Virus record (IMG/VR): IMGVR_UViG_3300025751_002411
Coordinates: 1 to 33,720 of that record
From: a virus
Lineage: Duplodnaviria > Caudoviricetes
Direction: 5' to 3' (one strand)
Length of the DNA stretch: 33,720 bases
This document shows, one piece after another, positions 7,709 to 17,500 of this stretch; position 1 is the first letter of the stretch, and every line of letters begins with the position of its first letter. A model generated the notes under the pieces. That model was not told the DNA's origin. It made no database searches and saw only the letters and a program-made list of their open reading frames with translations. The translations under genes were made by a program, and so were the position numbers.

Positions 7709-9304
7709 TTACATAAAAGAAACAAAGACCGGCATTGGAAGCACCCCATCTTCGACGTCTGCATCACGCATTTTCTCGTATATTGCAGGATCCCAGTCAG
7801 CAAGTATCTTTTGCATACGCACATTAAGCAATGTACTCATAACAAGATCGTCATGCTCTCCTGTTTTAGCACCAAATGTTGTACCGTGTGCAACAAATGC
7901 TTTTAGTTCACTTATAAGTGGTTTGCTTTTGATCTTTAGTTGTCCTGTTTCTAATAGTTGTTTAAATTTAGCACACGCACTGATTTTAGTTTTATGTGTT
8001 GTGTTAAATCCTTTGCGGAATTTACGAACGTGTCCTTTACGTGCAGGCTCGCTTAAAAACATTCCGTATATATTTTCTTCGCCATATTCGTTAATGCTAA
8101 CCAATGCGGCTTCACCTATAGTATTGTTTTCAACACTGTAATATACTTGTGGAAGTTTTGTGCTTTTACCTTGACAATCTTCCATAATTGTTTTGGTAAT
8201 ATCTGCAAGTATTCTTACCTGTCCTTGAATAGGAGTATTGTTATGTTGCCATTCTGCTACTTGTTCAAAACTCGGAAGTTCAAATACCTGTATGGCCGCA
8301 TAGTCACCGCCAGTACCTAAACTAGGATCTAAACTTACAACATATGTGAAATTAGGATTAATATCTTTATACCAACGTGTCTGGCCGAACTTTCTGAGAG
8401 GATCTATGCCCTCTAACTCAGCAAGTTTTACACTGTTGATCAATGTTTCATCAAAGATCAAAAATTCACATTCGTGTTCACGTCTAAAACGTTCTTCACC
8501 GATTCTTGATTTTTCTTCGTCTGCCCATTTCTCATCTCTATCTGGGTGTTCACTCCAGTGTGCAGAGAAAGCATAGAAACCATTTATACCAACTTCGGTA
8601 TCGTTGCCATGTTCGTCAAAGCGTTTCATTGCTTCTGTCCAGATAAGTGCAAATTGATCTTCATCACTGTTAGGCGTTGAAGTAATAATTGCCTTACCAC
8701 CTGTTGCTAGTGTTGGAGAAATTGCAGTCCAGAATTCTTTGGCAATGTTAGGATTAACGAATGCAAACTCATCACAGTATAGTAACGAAATACTCATACC
8801 TCGTCCTGTGTTGTCTGTTGTTGTTTGTGAAACTATTCGCGAGCCGTTATCAAATTCCATTGACCCTTTGTTATATGAGGTTACACCACATCTTATATGA
8901 TCTGGACAGTCTTCATAAGCATAACGAATACGGTGCATAATTTCTTGTGCACCTTGATATTTGTGTGCCGCAATTAATATTGTCACATCAGGATTAAACA
9001 TTGCGTACCACAGTAGATATCCAGCGGCTGTAGTAGACTTACCTGTTTGTCTTGGTAGCATGTTAATATTGAATCTATAACTATGGTATGAATCAACTAA
9101 CCTTTCTTGGAATTCAAAAGGTTGGAATAACAGTTTACCTTTTACAGGATGCTGTATGTAAAAGAAATTTTTCATAAAGAACATAGCACCTGTATCTGGA
9201 TGAGCACAGGCTTCTAGTTCTTTAATTTCTTTTTCTGTATATCTAGTCCTTGCATGTGCTTTTTTAACGAGAACACCGTCAAGGCTCTTTGCATTTTGTG
9301 CCAT
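7709..9304 (-). CDS. gp17: Terminase large subunit (T4 gp17-like)
   Basis: Q motif FQPFEFQ, Walker A PRQTGKST, Walker B LLYCDEFAF, TSTPN coupling motif, nuclease LDPSLG and HDDLVMS. Confidence 0.96.
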   Translation of the reverse strand: MAQNAKSLDGVLVKKAHARTRYTEKEIKELEACAHPDTGAMFFMKNFFYIQHPVKGKLLFQPFEFQERLVDSYHSYRFNINMLPRQTGKSTTAAGYLLWYAMFNPDVTILIAAHKYQGAQEIMHRIRYAYEDCPDHIRCGVTSYNKGSMEFDNGSRIVSQTTTDNTGRGMSISLLYCDEFAFVNPNIAKEFWTAISPTLATGGKAIITSTPNSDEDQFALIWTEAMKRFDEHGNDTEVGINGFYAFSAHWSEHPDRDEKWADEEKSRIGEERFRREHECEFLIFDETLINSVKLAELEGIDPLRKFGQTRWYKDINPNFTYVVSLDPSLGTGGDYAAIQVFELPSFEQVAEWQHNNTPIQGQVRILADITKTIMEDCQGKSTKLPQVYYSVENNTIGEAALVSINEYGEENIYGMFLSEPARKGHVRKFRKGFNTTHKTKISACAKFKQLLETGQLKIKSKPLISELKAFVAHGTTFGAKTGEHDDLVMSTLLNVRMQKILADWDPAIYEKMRDADVEDGVLPMPVFVSFM

Positions 9305-9309
9305 ACTAT

Positions 9310-9315
9310 TACTTA
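9310..9315 (-). promoter_or_regulatory. Late promoter variant TAAGTA 5 nt before terminase ATG
   Basis: GATAAGTA-ATAGT-ATG. Confidence 0.55.
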
Positions 9316-9741
9316 TCTTAAAATAGGGTGTCTATTTTGTTTATTGATGCTTATATCTATGAACTCTCGTAGTATATCAAAATGCTTGCTTAAATTATCA
9401 AATAAGTCAATATTTAAATATTCACTAGCCATTGAATAACTGCTTTTACCTATGTTTGAGTAGTACTTAATGTTTAAACCTTTTTTAGCACCGTATGTTG
9501 GAAATACACCTGTAACAAACAAGCACGTATCACCTAGTTGTTTGGCATTCTGTGTGTATGGACGTTCTAATTTAAGATATGCTTGTGCAAAAGTTTCTTG
9601 TGGCAAAAAATCTGGTTTATCTAAATGGCTAGCCAAAAGAAAGACGATGTAAGACTCAAGTTCAACGGGTAATTCATAACCGTATTTTTCTTTCGTCTCA
9701 CACACGATTCGATAGAAGGCGTCGGTATATTCCGTCCTCAT
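9313..9741 (-). CDS. Hypothetical protein (LGDTCLFVTGVFP motif)
   Basis: ORF between terminator and terminase; ATG 9741 has TAAATA 5 nt upstream, whereas the 9768 start falls inside the terminator U-tract. Confidence 0.7.
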   Translation of the reverse strand: MRTEYTDAFYRIVCETKEKYGYELPVELESYIVFLLASHLDKPDFLPQETFAQAYLKLERPYTQNAKQLGDTCLFVTGVFPTYGAKKGLNIKYYSNIGKSSYSMASEYLNIDLFDNLSKHFDILREFIDISINKQNRHPILR

Positions 9742-9746
9742 AAAAA

Positions 9747-9752
9747 TATTTA
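9747..9752 (-). promoter_or_regulatory. Late promoter core TAAATA 5 nt before ATG
   Basis: AATAAATA-TTTTT-ATG. Confidence 0.6.
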
Positions 9753-9766
9753 TTGAAAGTTCAGTC

Positions 9767-9794
9767 AAAAAAAAGCCCCGCTTTTATACGGGGC
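9767..9794 (-). terminator. Rho-independent terminator
   Basis: Minus strand GCCCCG-TATAAAAG-CGGGGC followed by T8. Confidence 0.85.
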
Positions 9795-9823
9795 AAAAAT
9801 CCTAAGGTAGTTAGGAATTTTAA

Positions 9824-10753
9824 TTATTTTTTAGCCATCTTAGTTGCAGTTGCGTACATTACTGCTTCTGCATCATCACCATATCTCTTTTTAAAATCGC
9901 CTTTGGCTTTTTTCATACCTTTAACATATTTTTCTTTTGTTTTTTCTTCTGCCTTAGAAAGTTCTCTTTCTGACATAAATTCTTGATATGCATTCATTAA
10001 GTGTTGTTCAATACCTTCTAATGGATTATCTCCACTACCACCTGGAACATAACGAACCTTCGGCTTACCATCTTCTGTATGGTCTGCATAGTCTGGATCA
10101 TATCCTTTGTAAGTTGGATCTTCTTTTTCATTACCCATTGAGTTAGCGTAACCTTCTTCTGTTTCTTGATCTGTTACTTCGTCCTCAACTTCTTCATTTT
10201 CAATTCCTGCTAATTGTGCAAGACGTTGTTCATAGTTTGCATAATCACTTGGATCTTTAACACGTAAATCTTGTGGTGCCTTTGGACCATTAACTCCATC
10301 GTAACCTGCTTGTGTAGTTACATCTTCAACACCTTTGTATTGCTCATCAGGTGAATTATCATACTGTGGACCACCACATGGTGAACCGTTAATATTATCA
10401 TCAGCCTTCATTGTAGGAACATTATCCATATCAGGCATCATGTCTGGTGTAACAGCCTTCATGCCTGCAAGTTTCATGATTTGTGCAATAACTGGTAAAT
10501 CTTCTGGAGAGTCAGCACTAATAGTAATAGCCTCATCTACCTTTTTCTTTTCTTTGTCCTTGACTGCTTTTTTCATCGGCTCTTTTTTGTCACCGTCTTT
10601 ATCTACATCAAGAAAATCAGGTTTTGCTTTTTTTGCTTCTTCAACTGGTGTTGTCATCTTTTCGACGTTTTCCAATGCGTCTGAATGAACTTCAGGATTT
10701 TTTTCGTTAATTTCTCTTAAACGTTTTAGTACGTCTACCATTTCATATGACAT
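9824..10753 (-). CDS. Charged low-complexity hypothetical protein, putative internal head/prohead-core protein
   Basis: 309 aa; PDFLDVDKDGDKKEPMKKA (DxDxDG loop) and C-terminal FKKRYGDDAEAVMYATATKMAK; TAATG coupling to upstream gene. Confidence 0.6.
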   Translation of the reverse strand: MSYEMVDVLKRLREINEKNPEVHSDALENVEKMTTPVEEAKKAKPDFLDVDKDGDKKEPMKKAVKDKEKKKVDEAITISADSPEDLPVIAQIMKLAGMKAVTPDMMPDMDNVPTMKADDNINGSPCGGPQYDNSPDEQYKGVEDVTTQAGYDGVNGPKAPQDLRVKDPSDYANYEQRLAQLAGIENEEVEDEVTDQETEEGYANSMGNEKEDPTYKGYDPDYADHTEDGKPKVRYVPGGSGDNPLEGIEQHLMNAYQEFMSERELSKAEEKTKEKYVKGMKKAKGDFKKRYGDDAEAVMYATATKMAKK

Positions 10754-11256
10754 TATTCTGCTCCCTGATTACGTTCTTTTTGTTCTTTTGCTAGTTGTTG
10801 TAAAAATGTTTCTTTACCTTTTTCAGTAACAACTAATTCATCTTTGTTTACTGCATCACCATCTTTGTACTCACCATCCATTAGTTTTGATTCATATGGT
10901 TTGTCTTCGGTGTCCTTTTGATATTCTTCATATGGCTCACCTGGTTTACGCACACGAATAAAGTCCATTTGTGTGTTTAATACATCACTTAGGTATGCAC
11001 GTAATTCTTGTTGTGTTGTTGGATAGTTTAATGTAGTTTCGAAAACTGTTACTTCTGTATTTGTTAAATCAGGAAAATCTAAAGGAACATTTTGAATTGG
11101 AGTTTTCTTACCTGCAGATAAATTTGCAACATCAAATTTCTTTAATGCAACTTCTAAACTATCTTCAAAATTTTCATCTAAACCGCCAGCAACTTTAATG
11201 ATAAAATCATACTGTTTTGCGGCTTCTGCTAGGTATTTTTTAAATGTGCCTGCCAT
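10753..11256 (-). CDS. Hypothetical protein with capsid-targeting-like N-terminus
   Basis: 167 aa; AAAGGAG RBS; N-terminus MAGTFKKYLAEA. Confidence 0.65.
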   Translation of the reverse strand: MAGTFKKYLAEAAKQYDFIIKVAGGLDENFEDSLEVALKKFDVANLSAGKKTPIQNVPLDFPDLTNTEVTVFETTLNYPTTQQELRAYLSDVLNTQMDFIRVRKPGEPYEEYQKDTEDKPYESKLMDGEYKDGDAVNKDELVVTEKGKETFLQQLAKEQKERNQGAE

Positions 11257-11278
11257 TGGTATTCTCCTTTAACTACGT

Positions 11279-11773
11279 TTATTTATCTTGATCCTTGTTT
11301 AATATCTTCTCTAAAATGGCATTGCGATCCATTACAACATAGCCTTCTGCGTCAATAGTATCCGCTTGATCACCCGCTTTTTGATCCAAATTTTGCTTTT
11401 TAAGTTGTAATTCAACCATTTTTAGTTTTTTATCCAACTTTTGGCTCTTTGCTTCGATGGCGTTTTTAAGCATATTGCTTGCTGTTTCAAATACCCTGCC
11501 CGCATAACGTGATTCTACGTTCATGCCCAAGTCCATTAGATCTTCATAACTTTGTTTTGCTTTTTCTGCTAGTTCGTCCAGTTCTTTGTCTGCTAATTCT
11601 CCAAGACCTTTTACCATAGGTAAAGCGGCAGATATTTTATCAAATTCTGCTATTGATCGCTCAAGGTTGACTGTTTCCTTTTTGATTTCCTTTGAAGGCT
11701 CTGGTTTTTCAACCTGCTCCATGGTGTCTTTAATTTCTGGTAAATCTAGCAATTCTTCTAACTTCTTTGTCAT
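11279..11773 (-). CDS. gp16: Terminase small subunit (T4 gp16-like)
   Basis: 164 aa, helical; SYEDLMDLGMNVESRYAGRVFETASNMLKNAIEAK resembles the gp16 core; near gp17. Confidence 0.68.
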   Translation of the reverse strand: MTKKLEELLDLPEIKDTMEQVEKPEPSKEIKKETVNLERSIAEFDKISAALPMVKGLGELADKELDELAEKAKQSYEDLMDLGMNVESRYAGRVFETASNMLKNAIEAKSQKLDKKLKMVELQLKKQNLDQKAGDQADTIDAEGYVVMDRNAILEKILNKDQDK

Positions 11774-11778
11774 AATAA

Positions 11779-11784
11779 TACTTA
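11779..11784 (-). promoter_or_regulatory. Late promoter variant TAAGTA 5 nt before ATG
   Basis: GATAAGTA-TTATT-ATG. Confidence 0.55.
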
Positions 11785-12228
11785 TCTTCTCTTGCCTTGG
11801 TGGAATAAATCTTTTTCAGTTATAACCCTAAACTGAATACCGTTTTGTTTACAGTATGCCGCGGCCGCTTCCCACTTTGCTTTGTTTTTAATATAGTTGG
11901 CTTGATTGTATGCACTATTGCCAACGTTTTCTTTAACTGTATGATTTTCTGGTTTGATTTCGATTATCTCAGCACGTGTCTTTCCAGACTTGTTTGCATA
12001 CACGATAAAAAAGTCAGGAACATATATGGTATACTTTCCGTCTAGGGGATTTCTATAAGGAATTTTTATGCTTTCACTTGCCCACTTTGCAACAGCAGGA
12101 TGTTCATCGCACATTTTCATAAAGTGCCATTCCCAACTTGAACGATACAAAGGAGTTTTAGTTCCTATGTACTTGTCAGGATTTTTTAGTTCAAATTTGC
12201 CACGGGCAAAGTTTCCTAAGCGAGCCAT
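11782..12228 (-). CDS. gp4: Head completion nuclease (T4 gp4/gp50-like, TnsA N-terminal PD-(D/E)xK fold)
   Basis: GKF..KNPDKYIG, YRSSWE, WASE..IPY, YVPDF, IEIKP, NKAKWEAA, FRVITE. Confidence 0.92.
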   Translation of the reverse strand: MARLGNFARGKFELKNPDKYIGTKTPLYRSSWEWHFMKMCDEHPAVAKWASESIKIPYRNPLDGKYTIYVPDFFIVYANKSGKTRAEIIEIKPENHTVKENVGNSAYNQANYIKNKAKWEAAAAYCKQNGIQFRVITEKDLFHQGKRR

Positions 12229-12617
12229 TATGCAACGATGTTCCTCTTGGCAGGATTAGTTACAGCAGGGTCTACTTTTGAACCAAGTGCTGATGTTTTA
12301 ATTCTATTAACATTTAATACTTCACCGATAACATTATCAAGTGTGTTTCCTTGTCCTTCTAAATTTTTTAATTTTGATATTAATTCAAAAGGATTTACCC
12401 CATCGATTTTACATTGTCTTAAAAAAATAAATGCAACACTTTTAGCGGCACTTTCTTCCATTCCACGTTTTGTGAAAAATGCAATAACAGCATCGCTTTC
12501 ACTTGCTTGAAATTGAAGTTCTTGTTTATTATAATTTTCAAAAAATCTTTTTGTATCTATCGCACTATCATTTTTTTTAATTTGATCGTCGATTGGTAAA
12601 TTTGAATATGTTTGCAT
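12228..12617 (-). CDS. Hypothetical protein
   Basis: 129-aa ORF, TAATG-coupled to gp4, in the tail gene run. Confidence 0.65.
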   Translation of the reverse strand: MQTYSNLPIDDQIKKNDSAIDTKRFFENYNKQELQFQASESDAVIAFFTKRGMEESAAKSVAFIFLRQCKIDGVNPFELISKLKNLEGQGNTLDNVIGEVLNVNRIKTSALGSKVDPAVTNPAKRNIVA

Positions 12618-12619
12618 GA

Positions 12620-13828
12620 TTATTTGCGTTCCCCAGCATTTGTGCCATCATTTTCATTATAAGAGTAACTTGTTTCGTCGATCCTTGTTGTGACTAATTT
12701 ATCATTTTTAGGATTTATTATAACTCTTCCAAATTCTTTAACGTCCTGCCAAGAAAGTGTAGGTGTTGTAAGAGATCCTTTTTGCTGATCTGATGCAGGA
12801 ATTCTAATTTGTTGATTTATTGTTTGTGTTACTGCCTTTTGTCCAATTTGAAATGCTTCGTTTCGTACACCTTCTTTAGTTAGCCTGTCTGCATTTTTAA
12901 GTACATTAGCACCCTTAATTAGAGTTCCAAGAAATGCTCCGGGACTAGATGTAAAATCACCACTAGCAATATCACCGAACACATCCAAGCCTCCTGCTAT
13001 AACACCAGTGTTACCAAACAATGATGCTGTACCACCTCCCAATAATGATAACGGTGACGGTGTTGTATCGTAATGTAGTTGTGCAAATCCATCAGGCTTA
13101 CCAACTTCTACTCTTCCTTCTGCATATTTTATACCTTCGTATATTATTTGCATTGTATTTTCAGTAGGTTGACTACTTGCACTATTAAGATTCGGACCTT
13201 GCCAACTTGAAATCATAGGGTTAATTAAAGTATATTCATAGAATCTATGTTGACTCAATTGATATATTGAAATACGATTAAAAAATTGCACAGATATCCA
13301 ACTGTGATATCCAAACTGATATGCCGACATCTTATTTGCTTGATTAGGACGACAAACATTATCAACGGCTGAATATGTAGGTTGCTGTGCTAACTCGTCT
13401 GGATAATTAGAATCTGCATAGTAGTTTTTAAAATATTGTTGCCACATACCACTTATTAAATTTGAGTGATCATCGTGGAAAGTTATCTGTACAGGTTGAT
13501 ATTGAACTTGCGTTTGAATGTTTGTTTTTTTACCGTATTGATTTTTAGTTTCTGTATTAATTTGCACTCCAGGTACTTGACATTGTTTAACTAACATGCC
13601 TGCTTCAATCCTAGGTTCTGTTTTTGACCATCCAAAGTTTCCTGGAGATCTTACTGCTATCGGATTAATATCAAAAAATACATGATATAAGAATTCAACC
13701 TTCGGTGCTAACGCCATAAAGTCGTCAGTAAACAATCTTGCCGCATGGGCATGATCACGCATATCGCCGTTGCCGCCGAGTATGCCGTTTCCAATACTAC
13801 CGAGAAATTTTGTAAGTCCGTTTGCCAT
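12620..13828 (-). CDS. Tail-tube-fold baseplate protein (gp54/gp48-like tube initiator)
   Basis: LVKQCQVPGVQINTETKNQYGKKTNIQTQVQYQPVQITFHDD parallels the adjacent tube protein; start MANGLTK at 13828 has TAAATA 5 nt upstream, the 13873 start lies in a terminator. Confidence 0.65.
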   Translation of the reverse strand: MANGLTKFLGSIGNGILGGNGDMRDHAHAARLFTDDFMALAPKVEFLYHVFFDINPIAVRSPGNFGWSKTEPRIEAGMLVKQCQVPGVQINTETKNQYGKKTNIQTQVQYQPVQITFHDDHSNLISGMWQQYFKNYYADSNYPDELAQQPTYSAVDNVCRPNQANKMSAYQFGYHSWISVQFFNRISIYQLSQHRFYEYTLINPMISSWQGPNLNSASSQPTENTMQIIYEGIKYAEGRVEVGKPDGFAQLHYDTTPSPLSLLGGGTASLFGNTGVIAGGLDVFGDIASGDFTSSPGAFLGTLIKGANVLKNADRLTKEGVRNEAFQIGQKAVTQTINQQIRIPASDQQKGSLTTPTLSWQDVKEFGRVIINPKNDKLVTTRIDETSYSYNENDGTNAGERK

Positions 13829-13833
13829 ACTAT

Positions 13834-13839
13834 TATTTA
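13834..13839 (-). promoter_or_regulatory. Late promoter core TAAATA 5 nt before ATG
   Basis: ACTAAATA-ATAGT-ATG, directly after the terminator. Confidence 0.65.
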
Positions 13840-13844
13840 GTCGC

Positions 13845-13880
13845 AAAAAAAGGTCGGTGATTTTTAACGTCACCGACCTT
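13845..13880 (-). terminator. Rho-independent terminator after tail tube gene
   Basis: AAGGTCGGTGA-9 nt-TCACCGACC followed by T7. Confidence 0.9.
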
Positions 13881-13903
13881 ATAGATGACTATGTAATAAA
13901 ATA

Positions 13904-14530
13904 TTAGCCTGTTGCTAACGTTCTAATTGTTCTACCAATCGCTGTACCAATACCATTTGGTTGTCCTGCACCATTTGTTTGGATAGCGTTATCATACTGT
14001 ATTGACATTGTGATGTCAACTGGATTTGAATCACTGTATGTTAACTGATTGTAGTTGATGTCTTGTACAAAACAACCAACCAATTCAAAAGTTTCAAGCA
14101 CTCCTGGTGCATTTGCACCGTTACCACCATCTAGGATTTCGATTCTAGTTTTGAATTTGTAATCAATTCCAGATGCCGCACTTGATTGTTCAAAGAAGTC
14201 GAACTGTTTCTGTAACTGTTGACCCGCTGATTTGCTCACAGCATTGTTTACGTCATCACGTACTGTGATTGTAATCGGTTGCCATGTGTGCTTACCAGCA
14301 TAGTAAACTTTTGAGTTGTACACATCTAGTGCAATTGACTCAAAGTTTACGTTTGGTCTCGTTACATCGATAATTTGTTTTGTTAGTTCAATGTTAGGAG
14401 CACCAGCACCAAAATTTTCTAAAGTAACACGGAAGCGATACTTTAGTTTCGGCATCAACAAGCCTTGTGAACTTGCTGACTGGTCACTCGCCAACGGAAC
14501 TGTAAATTTGCTTAAACTTGAAATAGCCAT
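13904..14530 (-). CDS. gp19: Tail tube protein (T4 gp19-like)
   Basis: PKLKYRFRV, RPNVNF, YAGKHTWQPITITVRDD, FELVGCF, ITMSIQYDNA; directly downstream of sheath; AAGGAG RBS. Confidence 0.9.
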   Translation of the reverse strand: MAISSLSKFTVPLASDQSASSQGLLMPKLKYRFRVTLENFGAGAPNIELTKQIIDVTRPNVNFESIALDVYNSKVYYAGKHTWQPITITVRDDVNNAVSKSAGQQLQKQFDFFEQSSAASGIDYKFKTRIEILDGGNGANAPGVLETFELVGCFVQDINYNQLTYSDSNPVDITMSIQYDNAIQTNGAGQPNGIGTAIGRTIRTLATG

Positions 14531-14553
14531 CTAATTTGCTCCTTGTATATAGT

Positions 14554-14559
14554 TATTTA
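14554..14559 (-). promoter_or_regulatory. Late promoter core TAAATA with a leadered, SD-containing 5' UTR
   Basis: GATAAATA-ACTATATACAAGGAGCAAATTAG-ATG. Confidence 0.6.
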
Positions 14560-14565
14560 TCACCA

Positions 14566-17500
14566 TTATGAATTGCCCAAAGTTGCAATTTCACCTGTGT
14601 TCTTTAAACGTAATGGAATGTAAATAAATTCCACTGCTTTTACTGGCTCAATCGCTACATCTACGTATAGTTCGTTTCGATCAATTCTTGAAGGTGTATT
14701 GTTTGTCTCATCACACACAACTAAGAAGTCATACAATGCTCTCTGACCTACAAGTTCAAGTAATAAACTCTCAGTTGCTTGTTTGATTTCATCACGTGTG
14801 ATTTTATCATTTGGTTCAAACATAAATGGTTTAGCAAGCAATGTCATTTGACGTCTTAAGTATGCAACTAATCTTGCAACGTTAATTCTGTCTAATGAAC
14901 TAGCATTTCTTGCTCTAGTATATTGACCAAAGTTAACAAGTCCACTTCCTGTGATAAATGTTAATGGGTTAATTTTAACACCAGCCATCGTGTCTCTGAT
15001 GCCATCGTTTAATGCAATAGCATTAAATTCGCCTTCGCTGTCAATGTACCCAACACTTGATGCATTAGTAATTCCACCACGTCTTGTACCTGCCGGTGCA
15101 AACCATGGGAACGATACCGCATCACTTATTGCAATAGTTCTCAACATCATGTGACTTGGTGGAACAACAATATTGTTTCCGCTTACGTCAGTTGTTAATC
15201 CTGATGGATAAAACATTGCCATGTATTCGTCATAACTTACAGCACCTTCTTCACCGTCTCCTGAAGCACTTGCTGTGTTATTGCCCCAATTTTGTAAAGC
15301 AGTTGCAGTTGGCTGTAATCTAAATGGAGTATCAGCAACAACAAATCCTGTTAAGCCTCTATCAACGTTTAGATTAATTAAATTGTTTGTTAGTTCTGGA
15401 TATCCAGGAGCACTTAACAATGTAAAGTTACGTGTTTCTTCATCACGTAATAAATCATTAGTGTCTACTGCACTTTGTAGGGCCGCAACAACTGTTTGAC
15501 GCTGTGCCTTTCTACCAAATAATCCTGAACCATCTTCTTTAGTTGTGTTCCAACCAATCCAACGGTTAGTTTTGTAACTTGCCATTGACTCATTAAGGTA
15601 ACGTGTGTTTTTACCACTGTTAGCAGTAATGTCAATGTGTCCTGCTACAAATTTCTTAACGTTAAATCCTGAACGTCTTGTATTCCATAGCAACATACCT
15701 CTTGGATATAATGCTGGATCTGGAGCATCTGGATCAACATAGTTTGAACTTAGCAAGTCTTTAATAGTTGCCGCTGTATCACCTGTTGCGCCTGAAGCAC
15801 CATAACGTGCATCTGCAAATAAGATACCGTCTTCAGTTGTTTGATCTGTAACATCAATTGCAACCCATTCAGTTGCGTTGTTGTCCCAACGATAAATTTT
15901 TGCACCGTACTCATCAACGTTAGCAGTTGAAACCCAAATGTCACCTTCTACTAGATCAGTACCATCTGATTGTCCGCCTGTCTTCGCTGGAGCAGTTGCT
16001 GAAACAATTGGACCTGCAGGATCGGTTGCACCTGCTGTTGGACCATAGTTTAAGTAACCTACCCACTTAGAACCATCGTGTACCATAATGTCGACAGCAT
16101 CTAAAGTTGTGTCGTACCATAATGTACCATCTACTGGTACTGCTGTAGGAGCATTATCGCTTGCTTCATAAACAAGTGGTTTCCAGTTTGAAATTACAAT
16201 ACCGTGATCATTGTCAGAACCTGCGGCATAGTAGTTTTGTGTTCCTGATTCTACGCCAGCGTTTGATCTTGACCAAGTTGTAAATCCTGCTGTTGCTAAA
16301 ATTCCGTTAGCATCTGTAATTTTAATTTCACCACCAAGTGCATGACTAATAGTTAAGTAACCATTTGATACGCTTGCTGAGATGTTAGTAAACCCTGCCG
16401 CTGAAATTGCACTTGCAATATCTTCAACAGTTGTTCCACTTACAGTAACAGTTTTTGCAGTTGAGAATACACTCGAACCTGCTACTGTTTCTGCAATAGA
16501 CATTGTGTTATAACCTGGGTTTGCTGTTACAGTTGGGTTAGCACCCTGTTCTGTACCAGTAACAGTAGTTGGTGAACTTGTAACTCTTCTGTATAATTTA
16601 AAGTTAACAAGTTTCTCAACTCCAGTTGTTGAATCGTTTGTTGTTGATCTACCAGTGTAGTTTGCATTAGCAAATACAGTACCTGCTGGAATTAATGTTC
16701 CGCCAGTTGAATCAATTTCTTTTACTGCTTCTTCTCTAGTGCCGTAGATTGGTGAACTAACTGTTGACCAAACGCCTAAACTGTTGTTCCATACTTGAAG
16801 TTTTAGATTAGCACCGAGGTTTGGTGTAGTTGTTTTGAACCAAACACTACCACTTGGTCTAATGCCACTTCTTGCTGTTCCTGCAACTGTAACTGTGTCA
16901 GTTGATTTCCAAGTTGGAACACTTGAGTGTCTTGAAATTTGTGTTGCTGGTGAAGGATAATAAGTTGCAGTAATACCTGCATCTGCTTTAAGTGTTCCGC
17001 CACCTAAATCTTCAATAATAATAGCACCGTCGTCTGTAGTGCCATCTGAACTTGAAGTTCCGTCAGTGTAAATTTCTAGCACACCTGTTGATGTAACTTT
17101 TGCACCAACACCAGTGATTGCCGCACCGTTAATTGCTTGTGCTAACGCACTGTTTGTTGTGCCTGAAAGTGTAACACTTGTTCCGTTGATTATTAAACCT
17201 TGTCCATTGTTTAAAGTTGGATTAGATACTGTACCAACGATTGCTGGCCAACTTGAACTCCAACTATCTGAAGTAAATGTTGATTGTGAACCAGTTGCCG
17301 CCGCAATGTTTGAACTTGTAGTTGAACCTACTTTAACCCATTGGTTGTCAGCATTTTTGTAATAAGCATCATTTGAAGTTCTAGCAGTTACAACAGCGTA
17401 ATCACCTTTTGCACCTACGCTTGCTTTTGGATCACCACTAGCAACATCACCAACAAGTTGAGTAACCGAGTTAAGAACTAAAGGAACCTTGTTAGTAAAT

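Noticed and set aside
7709-9304. Intein or intron in terminase (also checked uvsX)
   Set aside because: Normal lengths, continuous motifs, no intein terminal signatures
9742-9768. ORF-track upstream starts here and at 13873 and 19064
   Set aside because: They fall inside terminators or promoters; downstream ATGs fit the regulatory signals
9799-9817. Small hairpin TCCTAA-CTACC-TTAGGA after the 309-aa gene
   Set aside because: Weak AT-rich stem; the adjacent GC-rich hairpin explains termination
11782-12228. Tn7 TnsA transposase
   Set aside because: Same fold, but size and context match T4 gp4; no other transposon genes or ends
14316-17362. Short alternative-frame and antisense ORFs inside tube and sheath genes (likewise inside the fibre genes)
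   Set aside because: Expected from codon bias; no RBS, promoter or motif support
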